Shown: piece by piece, positions 10,633 to 21,037 of the stretch
Numbering within the stretch: the stretch's first letter is position 1
How the letters are laid out: each line of letters starts with the position of its first letter
NCBI GenBank assembly: GCA_016932555.1
Contig: JAFGCQ010000004.1
Span: forward strand, 990 to 64,989
Direction of reading: 5' to 3'
DNA from: Candidatus Zambryskiibacteriota bacterium
GTDB taxonomy: Bacteria; Patescibacteriota; Minisyncoccia; Phycocordibacterales; WO2-35-19
DNA length: 64,000 nucleotides
Translations under genes and position numbers: made by a program
The notes under the pieces: model-generated
The model's input: the letters and a program-made list of their open reading frames with translations, nothing else
Told to the model about the DNA's origin: nothing
The model's database searches: none

Positions 10633-11268
10633 TTATAAATCCAAAGTTCTCCTAGAAGCTACAGTCTGCAATGAAAATTCGGTTTTAGTGGTTGCATCTT
10701 CTCCGACATGGCCTTTTACGACAATGAGTACGTATGGTTGAATATCATCACCAGGATTACTACCATAAACATAAAATTTTAAATCATCAATGATGGCTTC
10801 TTGTGAAGTAATTCTTTCAAAATCTCCTCCATTGTAAGATTTTTCAATAGAATGTTTAATATCATTAAATTTATATTGTACTCTGACATTATTTGTTAAA
10901 TCGGTATCATAAAAAGTCACTGACAGCGTCCCACTTCCATCATTGTTAATATTGCAATCGCCCACATCAGGATCCGGACTGAGAGCACAATCATAATTTT
11001 TGCCAAACTTTATAATCCTGGCCATGTCTTCAACTACAATATTTAAATTGTCCACTACTGTCTTAGATGTCCTAGACTTTCGGTTAGCATCAATGATACT
11101 AATAATAGATCCAGCAGAAATAGCCACTACTAAAAGAAATAAAGTAATAGCTACCGTCATCTCTATCAGAGTAAAGCCCGCCCGCTTCGCAGGAATTTTC
11201 AATTTCCGATTTCCAATTTTCAATTTATTTCTCATAATTTTATTGTACTGAGACTTGACCGCTAGCAT
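10633..11268 (-). CDS. Type IV minor pilin (prepilin-type)
   Basis: KRAGFTLIEMTVAITLFLLVV motif. Confidence 0.7.
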   Translation of the reverse strand: MLAVKSQYNKIMRNKLKIGNRKLKIPAKRAGFTLIEMTVAITLFLLVVAISAGSIISIIDANRKSRTSKTVVDNLNIVVEDMARIIKFGKNYDCALSPDPDVGDCNINNDGSGTLSVTFYDTDLTNNVRVQYKFNDIKHSIEKSYNGGDFERITSQEAIIDDLKFYVYGSNPGDDIQPYVLIVVKGHVGEDATTKTEFSLQTVASRRTLDL

Positions 11269-11860
11269 CTACCGTTATGAGAGAAGTTTTACTCCCACCT
11301 GCAGATTGCAAAGTAATTTTTACTGGTGGAAAATCTTTATCAATTCCTCCAACATTGGTTAAAAGAATTTTTGCTGCAGTATCAGGCCTAAAAAACCGAA
11401 TATCTGCTTGAAACAAAGATCCACCGCCTTCAAAACACCAATTTTTTACAGAACCACAAACGTCCTTAATTGTTATTCCCTTATCAAATTTTGTTGTTTC
11501 GATTTCTTCCCCTGCATCATATTTTTCATTATGATTTTTATCTGCATAAAAAATATATTTATCAGATAAACCTTGTCTCATATAAATCCCATACCCCACA
11601 TTAAAAATATCCCCCGCCACACCTAGTTGGCCTTTTACGCCTAAACTATAAATTTGAGCTTGGCGAATCATTAAAGCTAATTCATAAGCTTCGGTATTTA
11701 CAGCCAACTGTTCATCCCATTGCCTTTGTTGCATCACAAAAACAGTTATAATAATCATCGCTATAGATATAGAGACCAAAAGTTCTATCAGAGTAAAACC
11801 TCCACTTCGCTGAAGCTTCACAGGATAAGCTATTTTTAATTTTAAATTTTTAAAAAACAT
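11240..11860 (-). CDS. Type IV minor pilin (prepilin-type)
   Basis: SGGFTLIELLVSISIAMIIITV motif. Confidence 0.7.
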   Translation of the reverse strand: MFFKNLKLKIAYPVKLQRSGGFTLIELLVSISIAMIIITVFVMQQRQWDEQLAVNTEAYELALMIRQAQIYSLGVKGQLGVAGDIFNVGYGIYMRQGLSDKYIFYADKNHNEKYDAGEEIETTKFDKGITIKDVCGSVKNWCFEGGGSLFQADIRFFRPDTAAKILLTNVGGIDKDFPPVKITLQSAGGSKTSLITVDASGQVSVQ

Positions 11861-12722
11861 TTAAGAGAAATTTAATCTGAAAAATATCCAGATTTAATAA
11901 AAAGCTCAAAATAATTCCCAAAGAAAGGAAAGGGCCGAAGGGAATTTCAGATTTAATTGTAAAATTATTACTGAAAAGGGGCAAGTTTATATGTGATTTA
12001 ATTTTCTTAATTAATAAAACTAAAACTGAAAAAACCGCTCCTATCCAAAAAGCCAAAATTATCGCCGATAATCCCATCGCCGGCCCCAAGAAAAAACCTA
12101 AAACCGCTATGTATTTAACATCACCAAAACCGAACCAACGTCCTTTGGATATGAGAAATATTAACAGAAATGGGAGAGCCAGAATAATGCCCGTTACTAA
12201 ATTAAACAAGATTGCAGGCAAGCTTAGAGCTAAAAGCTTAAAGCTTAGAGCAAAAACAAAAAAGGCGATAAGAAAAGCGTCGGGGATAATAAAATGTTTG
12301 AGATCGTAAATAGAAATAAGTAAAATAATCGAAAATAAAGCCGTAATCAAAAGAAAACTAATTCCCATCTCTAAGCTCCAAGCTCTAAGCTCTAAGCTTA
12401 AAAAACCTGTCTCAAACGCCACTAAGACAACTAGAATACCCATGATTATCTCTATAATTATTGCCGATATTGGTATTTTAGCTTGACAGTATCGACATCT
12501 ACCTTTCAAAAATAAAAAAGAAAAAATGGGAAACAAATCTTTATTTTTAAGTTTAGTATTGCAAGAAAAACAAATTGAACGGCCCTTAAAAAAAGGTAAA
12601 CCCGTATTATACCGATCTGCTATAACACCCACAAAACTTCCTAAAGCAGTTCCAAATAGAAATATGACAACATCCCACAAATATAACATTTTTTTATAAT
12701 CATACCATCTCGGCTCTCTCAA
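11850..12722 (-). CDS. pilD: Prepilin peptidase (A24 family)
   Basis: CRYC zinc-binding motif, GFGDVKY active-site region, multiple TM helices. 290 aa. Confidence 0.85.
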   Translation of the reverse strand: MREPRWYDYKKMLYLWDVVIFLFGTALGSFVGVIADRYNTGLPFFKGRSICFSCNTKLKNKDLFPIFSFLFLKGRCRYCQAKIPISAIIIEIIMGILVVLVAFETGFLSLELRAWSLEMGISFLLITALFSIILLISIYDLKHFIIPDAFLIAFFVFALSFKLLALSLPAILFNLVTGIILALPFLLIFLISKGRWFGFGDVKYIAVLGFFLGPAMGLSAIILAFWIGAVFSVLVLLIKKIKSHINLPLFSNNFTIKSEIPFGPFLSLGIILSFLLNLDIFQIKFLLNVF

Positions 12723-12840
12723 ATCTATATGTCAAAGGCAATCTTTAAAATGCTTTGATAATTTTAATTCTTCTTTTATAACACAAAACCCCGCGTATGC
12801 GGAGTTTTGTACCCAAATTTTCTAAATAATTATGTAGTGA

Positions 12841-13302
12841 TTATGGATTGTTACAAGTAACATCACCATCGGGCTGGATAGCGTCTTGCTGTTTTGATGC
12901 TCCACTGCTATCTATGCACCAATACTTGCCACTCTGAGAAAGCAAGTTAGCCGATACTGCATAAGCGGGGGCTGCAGTGGTAACACATTTAAGTGTTACA
13001 CCGGTTGGGAACGAGTCTGTTCTTGTATAAGGGGTCAGAACCGCATCGGCAAACATAGCAAGAGCTGGCGCGCCGTCATTACATGCAGGATCATTTCCTG
13101 CAGCACCATAATTCCCATTAGTATCGTAATAAAGTTCTGCAGCTGCTCTTATACCAGAAAGCTGGGCTTTGACTTTAGCATCATTACCTCTACTTCGAGC
13201 AGTATTAAGTGAAGCTAAAACAACTGAGGAAAGAATACCAATAATAGCGATAACAACTAGAAGTTCGATAAGCGTAAAACCTTTATTTTTTAATTTAGAC
13301 AT
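12841..13302 (-). CDS. pilA: Type IV major pilin (PilA-like)
   Basis: KGFTLIELLVVIAIIGILSSVVLASLNTAR N-terminus and C-terminal Cys pair. A terminator-like hairpin lies downstream at about 12783-12806. Confidence 0.85.
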   Translation of the reverse strand: MSKLKNKGFTLIELLVVIAIIGILSSVVLASLNTARSRGNDAKVKAQLSGIRAAAELYYDTNGNYGAAGNDPACNDGAPALAMFADAVLTPYTRTDSFPTGVTLKCVTTAAPAYAVSANLLSQSGKYWCIDSSGASKQQDAIQPDGDVTCNNP

Positions 13303-13325
13303 AATTTTAAAAATAAACTAATTAA

Positions 13326-13343
13326 TTCTCTCTCGAGAGAGAA
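13326..13343. promoter_or_regulatory. Perfect 18-bp palindrome TTCTCTCTCGAGAGAGAA between the two tandem pilin genes. Hairpin terminator or operator.
   Basis: The sequence is exactly self-complementary. It lies about 23 nt upstream of the pilA start and downstream of the second pilin gene. Confidence 0.5.
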
Positions 13344-13431
13344 GCTTGTGTATTATCGACCAATCAAGCTTTACTTATATTATATAAAACTCTCATATTT
13401 TGTTAAATAATATGTGGATAACACTAATAAT

Positions 13432-13878
13432 TTAAGGACAAGAAGTGACAGGACCTCCTATTTCTTCACTTATTACTCTAGAAGCACCTCGGTTATCAAC
13501 ACAATAATACTCATTACCAGAATATAGAGTAGCTTTTACAGCGTAATCAACACTATTGGCTCTACATCTTATTTCTGTAAAATCAGGTAGATTGCCAGCA
13601 GCAATTAAAATACCGGGTTTACCATTATTTGGATCAAAATCATTAAATATACCCTGACTACAATTGTTTGCATCGCTGTAGTTACCATTATTAGCATAAT
13701 ACATACTAGCCGCTGTTCGAAATTGGCTTAGTTGGCTTTTTATTTGAGTATCATAAGCTCTTTCTCTTGATTTGGAAAGACTATTTAAAATAACTGAAGC
13801 AATGATGCCTATGATAGTTATAGATATCAGTAATTCAATTAAAGAAAAACCCTCTGAAAAATTTGAATTTTTAAACAT
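13432..13878 (-). CDS. Type IV pilin paralog (PilA-like)
   Basis: EGFSLIELLISITIIGIIASVILNSLSKSR N-terminus and C-terminal cysteines. Confidence 0.8.
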   Translation of the reverse strand: MFKNSNFSEGFSLIELLISITIIGIIASVILNSLSKSRERAYDTQIKSQLSQFRTAASMYYANNGNYSDANNCSQGIFNDFDPNNGKPGILIAAGNLPDFTEIRCRANSVDYAVKATLYSGNEYYCVDNRGASRVISEEIGGPVTSCP

Positions 13879-13885
13879 ATTTTTA

Positions 13886-15094
13886 TCATATACCCGAAGC
13901 GATATTGTAAATCGGCATAAGCACCGAGGCTAACAAAACACCGACTCCAACGCCAAGCATCACGATCATTATCGGCTCAATCATACTTACCAAAGTATCA
14001 ACTGCTGCCATAACTTCTCTCTGATAGAATTTGGACATAGTTTTCATAATATTTCCCAACTCCCCAGTTTCTTCACCCACTTTTATCATTTGAGTAAGTA
14101 TATTGGGAATTTCTTCATTATCTTTCAAAGAAGCGGAAAGGGGTTGCCCGCCTCTTATTTTAATTTCTGCTTCTTCTAATATTTCTTTATATACTTCATT
14201 ATCTATAACTGAAGCAGTAACTTGAATGGCTTTTAACATTGGAATACCCGAAAGCACCATGGTGCTTAAGTTATCAGAAAAACGTGATAAATAAAGTTTG
14301 CGATATAAGTCGCCGACATAGGGTATGTAAAGTCTAGCGTTTGATATCCATCTCTTGCCCTCCTTAGTAGTACCATACCAAAACAGACCGCCAATTAAAG
14401 CAATTAGTCCAAAAACCATATACATCCAATAAGCGACAAAAAAATCACTTACCCAAAATACAATTTGAGTATAAAACGGCACTTCTTGAGCCGATTCTTT
14501 GATTATCAGGCCAATTTTCGGCACTATCACTGTAAACATGATGACCATAACTGCGATAAAGGTAAAGATAATAAAAGCCGGATATATGAGAGCATGTTTA
14601 GCTTTAGAACTAACTTCATAAGTACGATCTAAGTAATCAGCCAAGAATGAAAAAACTTGATCGAGATGTCCTGATTCTTCTCCTGATTTGACCATATTAA
14701 TATAGAAATTGGAGAAAACTTCGGGATGTTTAGAGAGAGCACCTGATATTGAAGATCCTGATTGTAAGTCATCAACTATTTGCAGTAAATGTTTTTTCAA
14801 AGCTGGATTTTCACTTTCGGTACCAAGTAATTTAAAAACTTTCAGAGCAGAAACCTGAGCCTCAAAAAGAGTGGACATCTGGCGAGATAATATGACAATT
14901 TCTCTATTGGAAACTTTGTTAAAAAAGGGAATTCTTTTGAGAATATCGCCATCACCTTCTTCTATTGGCTTTATTGAAGAAATAATTAAGCCTCTGTTTT
15001 GCAATGCAGAGATAGCGGCTTCCATACTGAAAGCTTCTACTTCACCTTCTTGTTTGATACCATTTCTATTAATTGTTTTATACGAAAAAAGCAT
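13886..15094 (-). CDS. pilC: Type IV pilus assembly inner-membrane platform protein (GspF/PilC family)
   Basis: 402 aa with two GspF repeats and three TM segments. Confidence 0.85.
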   Translation of the reverse strand: MLFSYKTINRNGIKQEGEVEAFSMEAAISALQNRGLIISSIKPIEEGDGDILKRIPFFNKVSNREIVILSRQMSTLFEAQVSALKVFKLLGTESENPALKKHLLQIVDDLQSGSSISGALSKHPEVFSNFYINMVKSGEESGHLDQVFSFLADYLDRTYEVSSKAKHALIYPAFIIFTFIAVMVIMFTVIVPKIGLIIKESAQEVPFYTQIVFWVSDFFVAYWMYMVFGLIALIGGLFWYGTTKEGKRWISNARLYIPYVGDLYRKLYLSRFSDNLSTMVLSGIPMLKAIQVTASVIDNEVYKEILEEAEIKIRGGQPLSASLKDNEEIPNILTQMIKVGEETGELGNIMKTMSKFYQREVMAAVDTLVSMIEPIMIVMLGVGVGVLLASVLMPIYNIASGI

Positions 15095-15097
15095 AGA

Positions 15098-16147
15098 TTA
15101 CAACATCTTTTCCAAAACATTTGGATTACTTGAGTAAAGGAAAGCGTTTTCTACACTGATATCTCCTTTATTTACCAGATTTACTAAACATCTATTAAAA
15201 TCAATCATACCCTCTTCCGAGCTAGTTTCTATCACAGTGTTTATCTCATGAGTTCTTTTATCTCGAACAAGATTTGCCACTGCTGTGTTGTTTATAAGAA
15301 GCTCATAGGCTGGTATTAAGCCCCCAGATATTCTTGGGATCAATCTTTGAGAAAAAATTCCAGATAAGGAGCTAGCTAATTGCAAGCGAATTTGGTTTTG
15401 TTGTTTAGAATCAAATGAGTCAATGATACGATCAACTGTTTGAGCGGCGTTATTAGTGTGTAGAGTCGAAAATACTAGGTGTCCAGTCTCAGCTGCTGAA
15501 ACTGCGGTAGCCATAGTTTCAGCGTCCCTCATTTCACCAACCATAATAACATTTACATCTGCCCTAAAAGAATCTCTAAGAGCCAAATTAAACCCTGGGG
15601 TATCTATACCGATTTCTCTTTGGTGAATAATAGACTTCTTAGGTGTAAATAAGTATTCTATTGGATCTTCTATGGTAATTATATTTTCCAATCTTTCGCC
15701 ATTTATAAGTTCAATTAAAGAAGCTAAGGTGGTAGATTTACCATGACCTGTAGGACCAACTACTAAAAAGAAACCTGATTTTAATCTAGCGAAGTTTTCT
15801 AAAGCTTTGGGTAGATTCAAATCAGATATAGAGAGTATTTCTTTGGGAATATGGCGAAGGCTTAAACAAATTCTTTTTTGTTCAACATAAACATGCACTC
15901 GAAATCTTTCTTTATTGTGTTCATAGGATACGTCAGCACTTTTCCTTTCCAGAAAAGATTTTTTCTTGGATTCTGAAAGTATTTTATCTAAAATGCTCTC
16001 TATGATTTCTCTAGAGAATTTTTCAATTTTGGAAATGGGCATTAAATGGCTGGCCACTCTAATATAGGGAATTCGACCTTCAGAAATGTGCAAATCAGAA
16101 GCTCCTTCTTTAACTAAAATTTCAATTAAATTGTCTAAATAATTCAT
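15098..16147 (-). CDS. pilT: Twitching-motility / pilus retraction ATPase
   Basis: Walker A GPTGHGKSTTLASLIE and the PilT-type Asp box. 349 aa. Confidence 0.85.
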   Translation of the reverse strand: MNYLDNLIEILVKEGASDLHISEGRIPYIRVASHLMPISKIEKFSREIIESILDKILSESKKKSFLERKSADVSYEHNKERFRVHVYVEQKRICLSLRHIPKEILSISDLNLPKALENFARLKSGFFLVVGPTGHGKSTTLASLIELINGERLENIITIEDPIEYLFTPKKSIIHQREIGIDTPGFNLALRDSFRADVNVIMVGEMRDAETMATAVSAAETGHLVFSTLHTNNAAQTVDRIIDSFDSKQQNQIRLQLASSLSGIFSQRLIPRISGGLIPAYELLINNTAVANLVRDKRTHEINTVIETSSEEGMIDFNRCLVNLVNKGDISVENAFLYSSNPNVLEKML

Positions 16148-16149
16148 AA

Positions 16150-16548
16150 TTAATTTTTTGAATTTTTAATAATTCTCATAGTTTCTTCGACTACTTCAAG
16201 GGGCGTAGCAGCGGATTTAATAATATAAGCAGCAACACCTAATTCTTTAGATATATTAATGTCTTCTTCATTGTTTTGGTTAGTGAGCATTACTATCGGA
16301 ATACCCTCTCCCAACTTCTCTTTTCTCATCTTTTTTAGAGCCTCTATACCGCTCATATCAGACATAACTATATCTAAAAGGATAAGATCGGCTTGCAATC
16401 CTGATTTAAGTTTTTCTATGAAAGAAGTTCCCGAGTTGCAAGCCTCAACTTCAACACCAGAGTTATTAAACTTAGTAACATACATATTAACCAAAAAATC
16501 ATCGTCATCAACTAATATTATTTTGTATTTTTTCTCTTCATTAGTCAT
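16150..16548 (-). CDS. CheY-like receiver-domain response regulator (PilH/PilG-like), embedded in the pilus cluster
   Basis: ILVDDDDF...DLILLDIVMSDMSG...K pattern. 132 aa with no output domain. Confidence 0.7.
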   Translation of the reverse strand: MTNEEKKYKIILVDDDDFLVNMYVTKFNNSGVEVEACNSGTSFIEKLKSGLQADLILLDIVMSDMSGIEALKKMRKEKLGEGIPIVMLTNQNNEEDINISKELGVAAYIIKSAATPLEVVEETMRIIKNSKN

Positions 16549-16596
16549 ATTTTTATATTGTTTATATTATATATTGAACTCATAAATACCACCATC

Positions 16597-18360
16597 TTAA
16601 AAGGTGTTAAATTCTTCGTAAGGGATAATTTTTTCAAAGGATTTTATCAAAGCATCATCTTTCATAGTCATCATACCTCTTTCTCTGGCATATTTCCAAA
16701 TAGATTGCTCTGTAGGATTTTTGAGAATTATCTCCTGCAAGCCCTTATCAACCTTCAATACTTCCATAATAGCAGCGCGGCCCTTTATACCACTTGGACA
16801 ATTAGGTGCTGGTGATATTTTATAAACTTCTTTACCAAAATTTATCTCCCCTCTAAATTGTTCCGGTAAATCTAAAAATTGTTTTTCTATTCTCATTCGT
16901 AAACTTTCATCTATTGGCATAGCTTCGCCAGCCCCCGGTGCTAAAGTCCTAGCTAACCTTTGGGCAATGGCCAAAATCAAAGTCGGAGCAATAAGATAAG
17001 GATCAACCCCCATATCAACCAAACGAGGAATAACTCCAATGGCATTATTGGTGTGAATAGTAGAAAACACCAAATGACCAGTTAAGGCTGCCTGAATAGC
17101 TAATTGGGCGGTTTCTTTGTCTCGAATCTCACCGACCATTATAATATCGGGGTCTTGCCTTAGAGTAGTGCGTAACCCTGAAGCAAAAGTATAACCAATT
17201 TCAGGCATTACTTGAGATTGACTCATACCTTCCATGTTATACTCCACTGGATCTTCAAGAGAAAGAACGTTTTTATGCTCTTTATCAACTTCATTCATCA
17301 TAGAATAAAGAGTGGTAGATTTACCACTACCGGTAGGACCAGATATTAAAATCAAACCATAATGCCTTTTTATGGCTTCTGTGATGTAATCTACATTTCT
17401 TTTGCTTAATCCTAAATCAATCAATTTACGAATACCCTTTTCCTGATCTAAAATACGGATAACTACCTTTTCACCAAAAGAAGTGGGAAAAGTAGAAACT
17501 CTGAAATCAATTTTCTTTTCATTTAATTTGGCACTAAATCTACCATCTTGAGGTTTTCTCTTTTCATCAAGGCGCATATTAGATATTATTTTAATCCTAG
17601 CTACTACTGCACTGTGGATTTTTGTCGGCAAGACAATACTAGTGTTCAAAATTCCATCTATTCTGAAACGCACTTTTACATTTACTGAGGTTGGTTCTAT
17701 GTGAATATCAGAAGCTAAACCGTCAATTGCATACCTCAAGATATTAGCTACTATTTTGGTAACTGGAGCATTTTCGATAACTCTGGTGCCTTTTTCTTTC
17801 TTAACAGTTAAATCAGTTTCGTTATCTTCTTCAATTTTAGTAAGTTTTTCTTGTTTTTCTTCAGATTTATTTTTATCTTTAGAATCAGAAGAAAATTCCA
17901 TCTCCAGTTCTGTCAGAGCTTTAGTCACTTCACCAGTAAGACCCTTATAAAGTTTAAGAACATCTTCAAAATCTTTTCTGGATATAAGAAAAGCTTTAAA
18001 AGGCATGTTTGCCTTAGAAGAAATAAAACTTAAAGCATCTCGAGCTAAAATATTATCAGGATCAACTATACCAACTTCCAAAACACCATCTTTGACAGCT
18101 AAGGGTACAAATTGGTAGTAAGCGGCAGATTCTTCTGCAATATAATCTAAAACTTTTTGATCTATTGAGGCTATTTCAACTTTTTTAACAGGGACAGTAT
18201 AATATTCTGATTTAGCCCTTAGAATATCTTCTTCGCTTATACCAAAAGAGACTAAAGCATCTTCAACATCTTCTTCTGAGTCGCTTTTCTTAATTTTTAT
18301 AGAAGAAAGATCTTTGGTCTCAATAACACCTTGTTTTACAAGAACATCTAATATACTCAT
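16597..18360 (-). CDS. pilB: Type IV pilus assembly ATPase (GspE/PilB family)
   Basis: N-terminal GSPII domain, Walker A GPTGSGKSTTLYSMMNEV, tetracysteine motif region. 587 aa. Confidence 0.9.
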   Translation of the reverse strand: MSILDVLVKQGVIETKDLSSIKIKKSDSEEDVEDALVSFGISEEDILRAKSEYYTVPVKKVEIASIDQKVLDYIAEESAAYYQFVPLAVKDGVLEVGIVDPDNILARDALSFISSKANMPFKAFLISRKDFEDVLKLYKGLTGEVTKALTELEMEFSSDSKDKNKSEEKQEKLTKIEEDNETDLTVKKEKGTRVIENAPVTKIVANILRYAIDGLASDIHIEPTSVNVKVRFRIDGILNTSIVLPTKIHSAVVARIKIISNMRLDEKRKPQDGRFSAKLNEKKIDFRVSTFPTSFGEKVVIRILDQEKGIRKLIDLGLSKRNVDYITEAIKRHYGLILISGPTGSGKSTTLYSMMNEVDKEHKNVLSLEDPVEYNMEGMSQSQVMPEIGYTFASGLRTTLRQDPDIIMVGEIRDKETAQLAIQAALTGHLVFSTIHTNNAIGVIPRLVDMGVDPYLIAPTLILAIAQRLARTLAPGAGEAMPIDESLRMRIEKQFLDLPEQFRGEINFGKEVYKISPAPNCPSGIKGRAAIMEVLKVDKGLQEIILKNPTEQSIWKYARERGMMTMKDDALIKSFEKIIPYEEFNTF

Positions 18361-18372
18361 AACAAAATGCGA

Positions 18373-18666
18373 CTAAAAATTAGAAAATGGGTTATCGCGA
18401 CCGACTGGTATTGATATTAGGGGGGTAGCTATACTTTTTAGCGATTCAAATTTTTCATTTATTATTATATCCATATCAAAACTTACCACTTCAATTTGAT
18501 CTAATAAACTTTCCATTCTTTGGCTAGCTGTAACATTTTCATCAATAAGCAACGCCTCCTCTTGATCAGGCATATACATTACTTTATAAGCAATAACAAG
18601 AAGTCCGATGAGAATTATCAGCATAATCTGTGTTCGTATTTTGCTTTTTGCTTTTTGGTCAGCCAT
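18373..18666 (-). CDS. Small pilus-cluster membrane protein (PilP-like?), hypothetical
   Basis: 97 aa with an N-terminal TM helix, lying between pilB and the PilO-like gene. Confidence 0.35.
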   Translation of the reverse strand: MADQKAKSKIRTQIMLIILIGLLVIAYKVMYMPDQEEALLIDENVTASQRMESLLDQIEVVSFDMDIIINEKFESLKSIATPLISIPVGRDNPFSNF

Positions 18667-18689
18667 TATCTTAATTTTTTAACAAATAA

Positions 18690-19235
18690 TTAATCAAACC
18701 AATAAGTTTCAAACTCCACGTCGTATGAATTTATGCCTTTGTTTGTAGTATTTAATTTCATGGATTTTATATCTAGTAACCTCAAACTTTTTTCAAGATC
18801 CAAGATGAAATAATTGAAATTCTGATGAGAAGTGTCAAAAGAAAAACCGATAATTGCAGATTTATAATTGTTTTGAACTATTGATTCATCCTCAGAATTC
18901 AGATTTTGAGATGTTTGAACTTCTATTAAACTTATCCCCCCTATTGATATACCGTACCTAGCTGCCACATCGGCGATTTGAGAAACCAGTCTCACAAAAT
19001 CTAAAGATTTTGGCAAAATAGTGTCTATTTTTTCCTTATCTTCATTTGATATTTTATTTAATTCGTCCAATAATTCCTGTTTTTTAATTTCAATATTTTG
19101 GGCCACACTTAGAGAATTTTCATAATCTTGCTTATCTTCTAAAGTCGCAAAAACATCTTGAACTGTCGGATAAGCAAAAAGATACCCAATGATTATGGCA
19201 AGCAGTATAAGTCCAAATTTAAAAACATTACTCAT
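18690..19235 (-). CDS. PilO-like pilus assembly protein
   Basis: N-terminal TM helix, coiled-coil segment, position in the pilMNO block. Confidence 0.5.
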   Translation of the reverse strand: MSNVFKFGLILLAIIIGYLFAYPTVQDVFATLEDKQDYENSLSVAQNIEIKKQELLDELNKISNEDKEKIDTILPKSLDFVRLVSQIADVAARYGISIGGISLIEVQTSQNLNSEDESIVQNNYKSAIIGFSFDTSHQNFNYFILDLEKSLRLLDIKSMKLNTTNKGINSYDVEFETYWFD

Positions 19236-19250
19236 AAATAAACTGATGTT

Positions 19251-19823
19251 TTATGGCGAATAAATGGCAATTTCCGGATCAACTTCAATCTTTAAAGAAA
19301 AAGATACTCTACCTTTATCGGTTAAATTCAAGTTAGAAAAAGTTACTGATCTGAAAAATTCGTTTTTATTAAAAATATCTTCCTGTAAAGCCAAAGTGGC
19401 ATAGCTTGAAGATTCACCTTCCAGATCAGCAGTTAAGCCCCCCTGCTCAGACATATTATAACTGAAGTTATCAAACCAAACACGACTAACTGTTGTGGAG
19501 GAGAGATTCTCCAAAAAATTTGATACTACTTTATGTTTGTTAATCAAAGTTTTAGTTAAATCTAATTTTCTATCAAAAGCCAGTATTTCGTTAATAATTT
19601 CTTTATCCATGTTTTTCTCAACTTCAGCTAACTGGGCCTGCAAATCTCGAATTTCTTTATCTAAAGTAAATTTATAGAAATAAACAAATCCAGAGACAAT
19701 GAGAGTCGACAAAAATAAAGCTACTGATAAAACACCTAAAAAACCAGTACCTTTTTTCTTATAGGTCTTTTCAGTATTTACTGAACCCTTGGGTATAAAT
19801 GATGATCTAAACTCGGGTGCCAT
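19251..19823 (-). CDS. PilN-like pilus assembly protein
   Basis: Short cytoplasmic N-terminus, TM helix, coiled coil. Immediately downstream of pilM. Confidence 0.55.
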   Translation of the reverse strand: MAPEFRSSFIPKGSVNTEKTYKKKGTGFLGVLSVALFLSTLIVSGFVYFYKFTLDKEIRDLQAQLAEVEKNMDKEIINEILAFDRKLDLTKTLINKHKVVSNFLENLSSTTVSRVWFDNFSYNMSEQGGLTADLEGESSSYATLALQEDIFNKNEFFRSVTFSNLNLTDKGRVSFSLKIEVDPEIAIYSP

Positions 19824-19888
19824 ATTGTTTTAATTATACTCTATCTAAATATAAGAATAAAAATAAAATTGTTAATTACTTTTCATTT

Positions 19889-20992
19889 TTAAATCTCCTG
19901 TAAACACCGAAGTGCTGATCCAGTAGCCACAGTAAATTCTGGTCCAGTTTCTTTGAGAATATTTTCTAAAAATGCAGGCACTTCGACATTTTCAAAAGGA
20001 TTGCCAGAAATAACTTCTACTTTAAAATTTTCTGCTGCTAAATTTCTAAAACCCTTTAAAGCTGAACCGCCACCAATTAGAAATATACTTTTGATGTTTT
20101 GTTTATTTCTTTTTTGGAAATCAAACAAAAATCTGTTAGCTTCAGAAAAAATGCTGCCAGCTACGAGAGAGACTGATTCTGACAAGTCGATGCCATCTTT
20201 GGTTTTATTCATTCCAATAGATCTTTTTGCTATCTCCGCATCTTCCAATGAGACATTTAAGGTTCTGGCAATATTAGCCGTAATATCCTGAGAACCTCTA
20301 TTTATGATATGAGAATTATAAACTAAACCTCTATCTATAATGTAAAGTTTAGTAGTAGAAGCACCCATATCAAGTATCATGATTGGACCTTTAATTCCTT
20401 CCAAAACTGATCTCATAGAAGCAAAAACTTCTATCTCAAAAAATTTAGGGTCAAGGCTTGTTCTTTCCGATATTTCTTTATATTGATCAATAATATTGTT
20501 ATGGATAGCCACTAAAAGAATATCTACTGTTTTAATACTCTCTTCACCTTTAATTAGAGGTTTTCTTTCAGTATCTTTTCTAGGAATAATAGACCAATCT
20601 AAAGTCACCTCAGAAATAGGTACCGGAATATATTTTCTAGCTTCCATTTTAACCATATTATCCATTTCCTCTTCTTCAATTTCAGGAGTTTCCACCACAG
20701 ATAAAAGAGAGGCTTTAAATGGAATAGCTAAACCACAAGTGCGAGTAGTTAATGCTACTTCTTTTTCAGTTAATAAATCATTCATCGCTTGAACTAATTT
20801 CTCGGTTGACAAATTAACAGATTGGCCAACTGAAGCCCCTCCATAGGGACCTAAAGATAGCTCTCCATAAGTTTCAAGTATTGCTTTGTCTCCTTTTTTC
20901 TTAAGTTGAACTATCTTAATTGAAGAAGAACCAATATCAATACCTAAAGCGTTAACAACTTTTCTTTTAAAAAGATTGGAAAAAAAACCCAT
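19889..20992 (-). CDS. pilM: Type IV pilus assembly ATPase-like protein PilM (actin fold)
   Basis: ALGIDIGSSSIKIVQL actin-like phosphate-1 motif. 367 aa. Confidence 0.8.
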   Translation of the reverse strand: MGFFSNLFKRKVVNALGIDIGSSSIKIVQLKKKGDKAILETYGELSLGPYGGASVGQSVNLSTEKLVQAMNDLLTEKEVALTTRTCGLAIPFKASLLSVVETPEIEEEEMDNMVKMEARKYIPVPISEVTLDWSIIPRKDTERKPLIKGEESIKTVDILLVAIHNNIIDQYKEISERTSLDPKFFEIEVFASMRSVLEGIKGPIMILDMGASTTKLYIIDRGLVYNSHIINRGSQDITANIARTLNVSLEDAEIAKRSIGMNKTKDGIDLSESVSLVAGSIFSEANRFLFDFQKRNKQNIKSIFLIGGGSALKGFRNLAAENFKVEVISGNPFENVEVPAFLENILKETGPEFTVATGSALRCLQEI

Positions 20993-21037
20993 ATATTAAA
21001 AAGTTATAAAGTTTTTAAACTTGCGTAAGACATTTTT

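Noticed and set aside
12225-12393. Inverted AAGCTTAGAGC / GCTCTAAGCTT repeats inside pilD
   Set aside because: They are short (about 11 bp), lie within the coding sequence of a hydrophobic protein with repetitive L/S/A codons, and have no further copies. This is probably coding low complexity.
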